Shown in pieces: positions 61,501-64,000 of a stretch of DNA of 64,000 bases. Position 1 is the first letter of the stretch. Each line of letters begins with the position of its first letter. The DNA is from an uncultured archaeon (GTDB lineage: Archaea > Asgardarchaeota > Lokiarchaeia > Sigyniarchaeales > SOKP01): NCBI GenBank assembly GCA_964486045.1, contig CAZALK010000021.1, positions 8,684-72,683 on the forward strand, given 5' to 3'. The position numbers and the translations under genes are program-made. Under the pieces are notes generated by a model. The model was not told where the DNA came from, searched no databases, and was given only the letters and a program-made list of their open reading frames with translations.

Positions 61501-62979
61501 TTATCGGACCTGCTCAATTTTAGCATAATCCCGCCATTTAGTAGATGTTTTTGAGATAGTTTGAATTGGCTGAATTGAATAATTAAGCTCTTTGACGAAT
61601 TGAAAAACCGCTGCTAACTTTTTTCTTTCAAGATCTTTCAAATCCTTTATAATGTTTGTTCGAACTAAGAAGTCGGTGGATAGATCCCCTTTTTTAAATT
61701 CTTTTGTTTCTACTATTACTTTATGCAAGTCTAAATTGGTGTTAATCCCTGAAATGGCTAATTCTTTTAAAGCACTAATGGAAAGATTTATTGCTCTCTT
61801 CCTTGTTTTCCCCCAAACTATTAATTTCCCAATTAATGAATCAAAATTGTGAGGAATTACATAATTTGGATATATATGACTATCAAATCGGACTTTTGGG
61901 CCACCTGGAACGATTAAGCGAGTAATTTTCCCATTCTGAGGCATGAACGAATTATTAGGATCTTCAGCATTTATTCGAAATTCAATCGCGTGACCGTTAA
62001 ATGAAATTTCCTCTTGTGTGAAGCTTAAAGGTTTGTTTGAAGCGATACTTAATTGTTCTTCAACTAAATCTATACCTGTTACCATTTCAGTAACTACATG
62101 TTCCACTTGGATCCTTGGGTTTACTTCATTAAAATAGAGCTTGTTATCCTTCCAAAGAAATTCAGCTGTACCTACATTTGAATATCCTAATTCACGGGCT
62201 AATAAGCATGTTTTTTCCCCTAAATCATTAACGATTTCTCTCGGTAAAAATGAAGGGGCTTCCTCAATAAGTTTTTGATGCGATCGTTGGATCGTACATT
62301 CCCGATCCCCTAAATGGACGATATTCCCAAAATTATCTCCCATAAATTGAATTTCTACATGGCGGGGAGCATTAACTGATTTTTCAATTAATACTTCTTC
62401 ACGACCAAAATATTTTAAGGCAATTAATTGGCATCCCTCCATAGCAATCTTCAAATCATCCTCAGCTTCCACAATTTCCATTCCTCGACCTCCACCTCCG
62501 AAAGCTGCCTTAATAATTATAGGATAACCAATTTTATTCGCAATTGTTATTGCTTCTTTTAATGTTTTTACAAATCCATCTGAACCAGGTAGTACTGGTA
62601 ACCCAACTTTTTCACCAAGTTTTTTGGCCTGAACCTTATTACCTAAGAAATCAATAATATCCGGGCTAGGTCCTATAAAGGTTTTTCCCAATTTTATTAT
62701 TTCTCTAGCAAATTCTGCATTTTCACTTAAAAACCCATATCCGGGATGGACAGCATCAGCCTTAGAACGCTCAATTATGTCAAGTAGTTTTGGAATGTTT
62801 AAATAAGTACACTCAACTGACTCCTCTCCAATGCAATATGCTTCATCTGCCATTTTTACATGTAAAGAATCTTTGTCTTCTTCACAAAATACAGCAATGG
62901 ACCTTAAGTTTTTTATCCGGCAAGCACGTATCACTCGAACGGCGATTTCTCCTCGATTAGCAATTAATACTGAATGCAT
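61501..62979 (-). CDS. accC: Biotin carboxylase (ATP-grasp) subunit of acyl-CoA carboxylase
   Basis: The ORF runs 61501..62991, with ATG at 62979 (MHSVLIANRGEIAVRVIRA). It has HPGYGFLSENAEFA, IIKAAFGGGGRGM, HVEIQFMGD, ERECTIQRSHQKLIEEAP, GTAEFL, NPRIQVEHVVTE and EFRINAEDP. It has a C-terminal extension of about 45 aa. Its stop lies 10 nt from the BCCP stop (convergent). Confidence 0.9.
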   Translation of the reverse strand: MHSVLIANRGEIAVRVIRACRIKNLRSIAVFCEEDKDSLHVKMADEAYCIGEESVECTYLNIPKLLDIIERSKADAVHPGYGFLSENAEFAREIIKLGKTFIGPSPDIIDFLGNKVQAKKLGEKVGLPVLPGSDGFVKTLKEAITIANKIGYPIIIKAAFGGGGRGMEIVEAEDDLKIAMEGCQLIALKYFGREEVLIEKSVNAPRHVEIQFMGDNFGNIVHLGDRECTIQRSHQKLIEEAPSFLPREIVNDLGEKTCLLARELGYSNVGTAEFLWKDNKLYFNEVNPRIQVEHVVTEMVTGIDLVEEQLSIASNKPLSFTQEEISFNGHAIEFRINAEDPNNSFMPQNGKITRLIVPGGPKVRFDSHIYPNYVIPHNFDSLIGKLIVWGKTRKRAINLSISALKELAISGINTNLDLHKVIVETKEFKKGDLSTDFLVRTNIIKDLKDLERKKLAAVFQFVKELNYSIQPIQTISKTSTKWRDYAKIEQVR

Positions 62980-63168
62980 CACAAAAATCAAAATGAAATT
63001 TAATTAATAACGTTAATTACTTGTTTGATTAAATAATTATGTGTTTTATTAAAAATTGATGATTTTTTTAATATTAGATAAAAATTAAATTAGTTAAAGA
63101 AGCTTCTATTAATTATTAATCCACTTCTAAACAAGATTTTGAAGATAGTAAATTAGAAATAAGTATAA

Positions 63169-64000
63169 TTAAAGAAACTGCTCTATTTCCACCAGAAAAA
63201 GATTTCCAATTGAGAGCCATTTTTCTTTTGTTTCCAAATCAACAACTTCATTTTCTGTAAGTTCTATTCCTTTTTCAAGATTCATAATCGCTAACTCGTA
63301 GTTTTCTAGTTCTCGATAGCAAATTCCTAATTTAATATAAGTCTGGTGAACATACCAATTGTCACTTTCTAATTCTAGTGCTTCTAAGAACTCTCCAGCT
63401 GCTTCCTCATATTCTTCAAAATACATTAAAATCTCTCCGTATGTATCGTGATATATTCCATTATCAGGAAAACGACTAACTAAATCCTCAATTATCTTTA
63501 AAGATTCTTCTTTTTTGTCTAAATATTGTAACCAGTATGCTTTATAATTTACTAAATCATTATCTTCAGGATATTTTATGATCAATTCTTCAATAATCTC
63601 AAGTCCAGCCTCAACTTCTTGCATTCTTCGAAGAACAGATGCTCTTTTCATTTTTATCTCTTTTTCACTTTTAGGAAAAATTTTCGACATTTCGTCTAAC
63701 GCCTCTAATACTTCACTAAACAATTCGTAGTAGATCAATACTTTAATTTTTGAATAATATAAATCAATTTTCTCTGGATTTGCTTGAATTTCCTCAGATA
63801 TTTCTTTAATTTCTTGTTCGTAATGACCTTCTATGCCCTCAGTGCTCTTTGACTGAAATATATCAACCATATCTTGCCATATTATTCCCTCTAATTTGTC
63901 TAATGTTTCTTTCAATTCTACTTTTGCTTCGATTTTATATGCTAAATAATTAATGTAATCAGGTAAAAACTGTCGTAAGGAATTTTTTAATTTTTTATCG
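63169..64000 (-). CDS. TPR-repeat protein (5' end runs off the window)
   Basis: The ORF track starts at TTG 63915, but the frame remains open to position 64000 (…DKKLKNSLRQFLPDYINYLAYKIEAKVE-LKETLDK…). TPR-like helical pairs include YYSKIKVLIYYELFSEVLEALDEM, YKAYWLQYLDKKEESLKIIEDL, YHDTYGEILMYFEEYEEAAGEFLEAL and YIKLGICYRELENYELAIMNLEKGI. Confidence 0.65.
   Translation of the reverse strand, partial: DKKLKNSLRQFLPDYINYLAYKIEAKVELKETLDKLEGIIWQDMVDIFQSKSTEGIEGHYEQEIKEISEEIQANPEKIDLYYSKIKVLIYYELFSEVLEALDEMSKIFPKSEKEIKMKRASVLRRMQEVEAGLEIIEELIIKYPEDNDLVNYKAYWLQYLDKKEESLKIIEDLVSRFPDNGIYHDTYGEILMYFEEYEEAAGEFLEALELESDNWYVHQTYIKLGICYRELENYELAIMNLEKGIELTENEVVDLETKEKWLSIGNLFLVEIEQFL

Noticed and set aside
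41679-62991. The idea that the lipid island is a recent bacterial insertion or a binning contaminant.
   Set aside because: I have not adopted this as the primary reading. By eye, codon and amino-acid composition match the flanking archaeal-type genes, there are no mobility genes or tRNA/att-like boundaries, and the island is contiguous with them. It remains the main alternative hypothesis and needs coverage and phylogeny checks.
1-64000. A search for tRNA or rRNA genes, CRISPR arrays, IS elements, transposases, integrases or prophage blocks.
   Set aside because: The intergenic regions are uniformly AT-rich. They contain no GC-rich cloverleaf-sized islands and no regularly spaced direct repeats. 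No ORF shows DDE transposase, tyrosine/serine recombinase or capsid/terminase motifs. This was checked by eye only, so a tRNAscan, Infernal or CRISPR-finder run should confirm it.

Overview
The window is AT-rich (roughly one-third G+C by eye, not computed) and densely coding, with about 40 protein genes. I recognised no rRNA, tRNA, CRISPR array, transposase or integrase. I infer an Asgard (Loki-like) archaeon. The supporting gene content is an archaeal/eukaryal-type LeuRS, a Roadblock-fused Ras/Rab-like small GTPase, a zinc-ribbon-LRR protein, an FG-GAP-like beta-propeller, four PAS histidine kinases with no response regulator, and cold-shock-domain proteins, one with an RGG tail.

The standout region is about 47.0-63.0 kb. 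One roughly 3,500-aa ORF (49694..60187) encodes what reads as a complete, self-activating type I fatty-acid/polyketide megasynthase. Its domain order is NMO-like barrel, FabK/PfaD-like ER, KS, AT, a second KS, three tandem PfaA-like ACPs, KR, PKS-type DH and a fused PPTase. It is co-oriented, with short gaps, with an acyl-CoA carboxylase carboxyltransferase, an alpha/beta-hydrolase (candidate releasing thioesterase) and a BCCP. Biotin carboxylase and biotin ligase flank this block. An acyl-CoA dehydrogenase, EtfBA and thiolase block lies directly upstream.

All three ACP repeats carry Thr where the phosphopantetheinylated Ser is expected (LGIDTVKQAEIFGE). The three Thr codons differ (ACC, ACT, ACA).

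Smaller oddities:
- A RelE/ParE-type TA cassette sits between an acetoacetyl-CoA synthetase gene and a diverged copy of that gene's 3' end.
- Two genes have conserved N-terminal coding sequence but no usable start: an M20 amidohydrolase with ATG-TGA at codons 1-2, and etfA with TAATT in place of a TAATG stop/start overlap.
- A small CxxC ORF has an in-frame TAA and a duplicated tail fragment downstream.
- The three paralogous PAS kinases share a TATA-containing upstream motif.

All functional calls come from motif recognition by eye. No database search was run.
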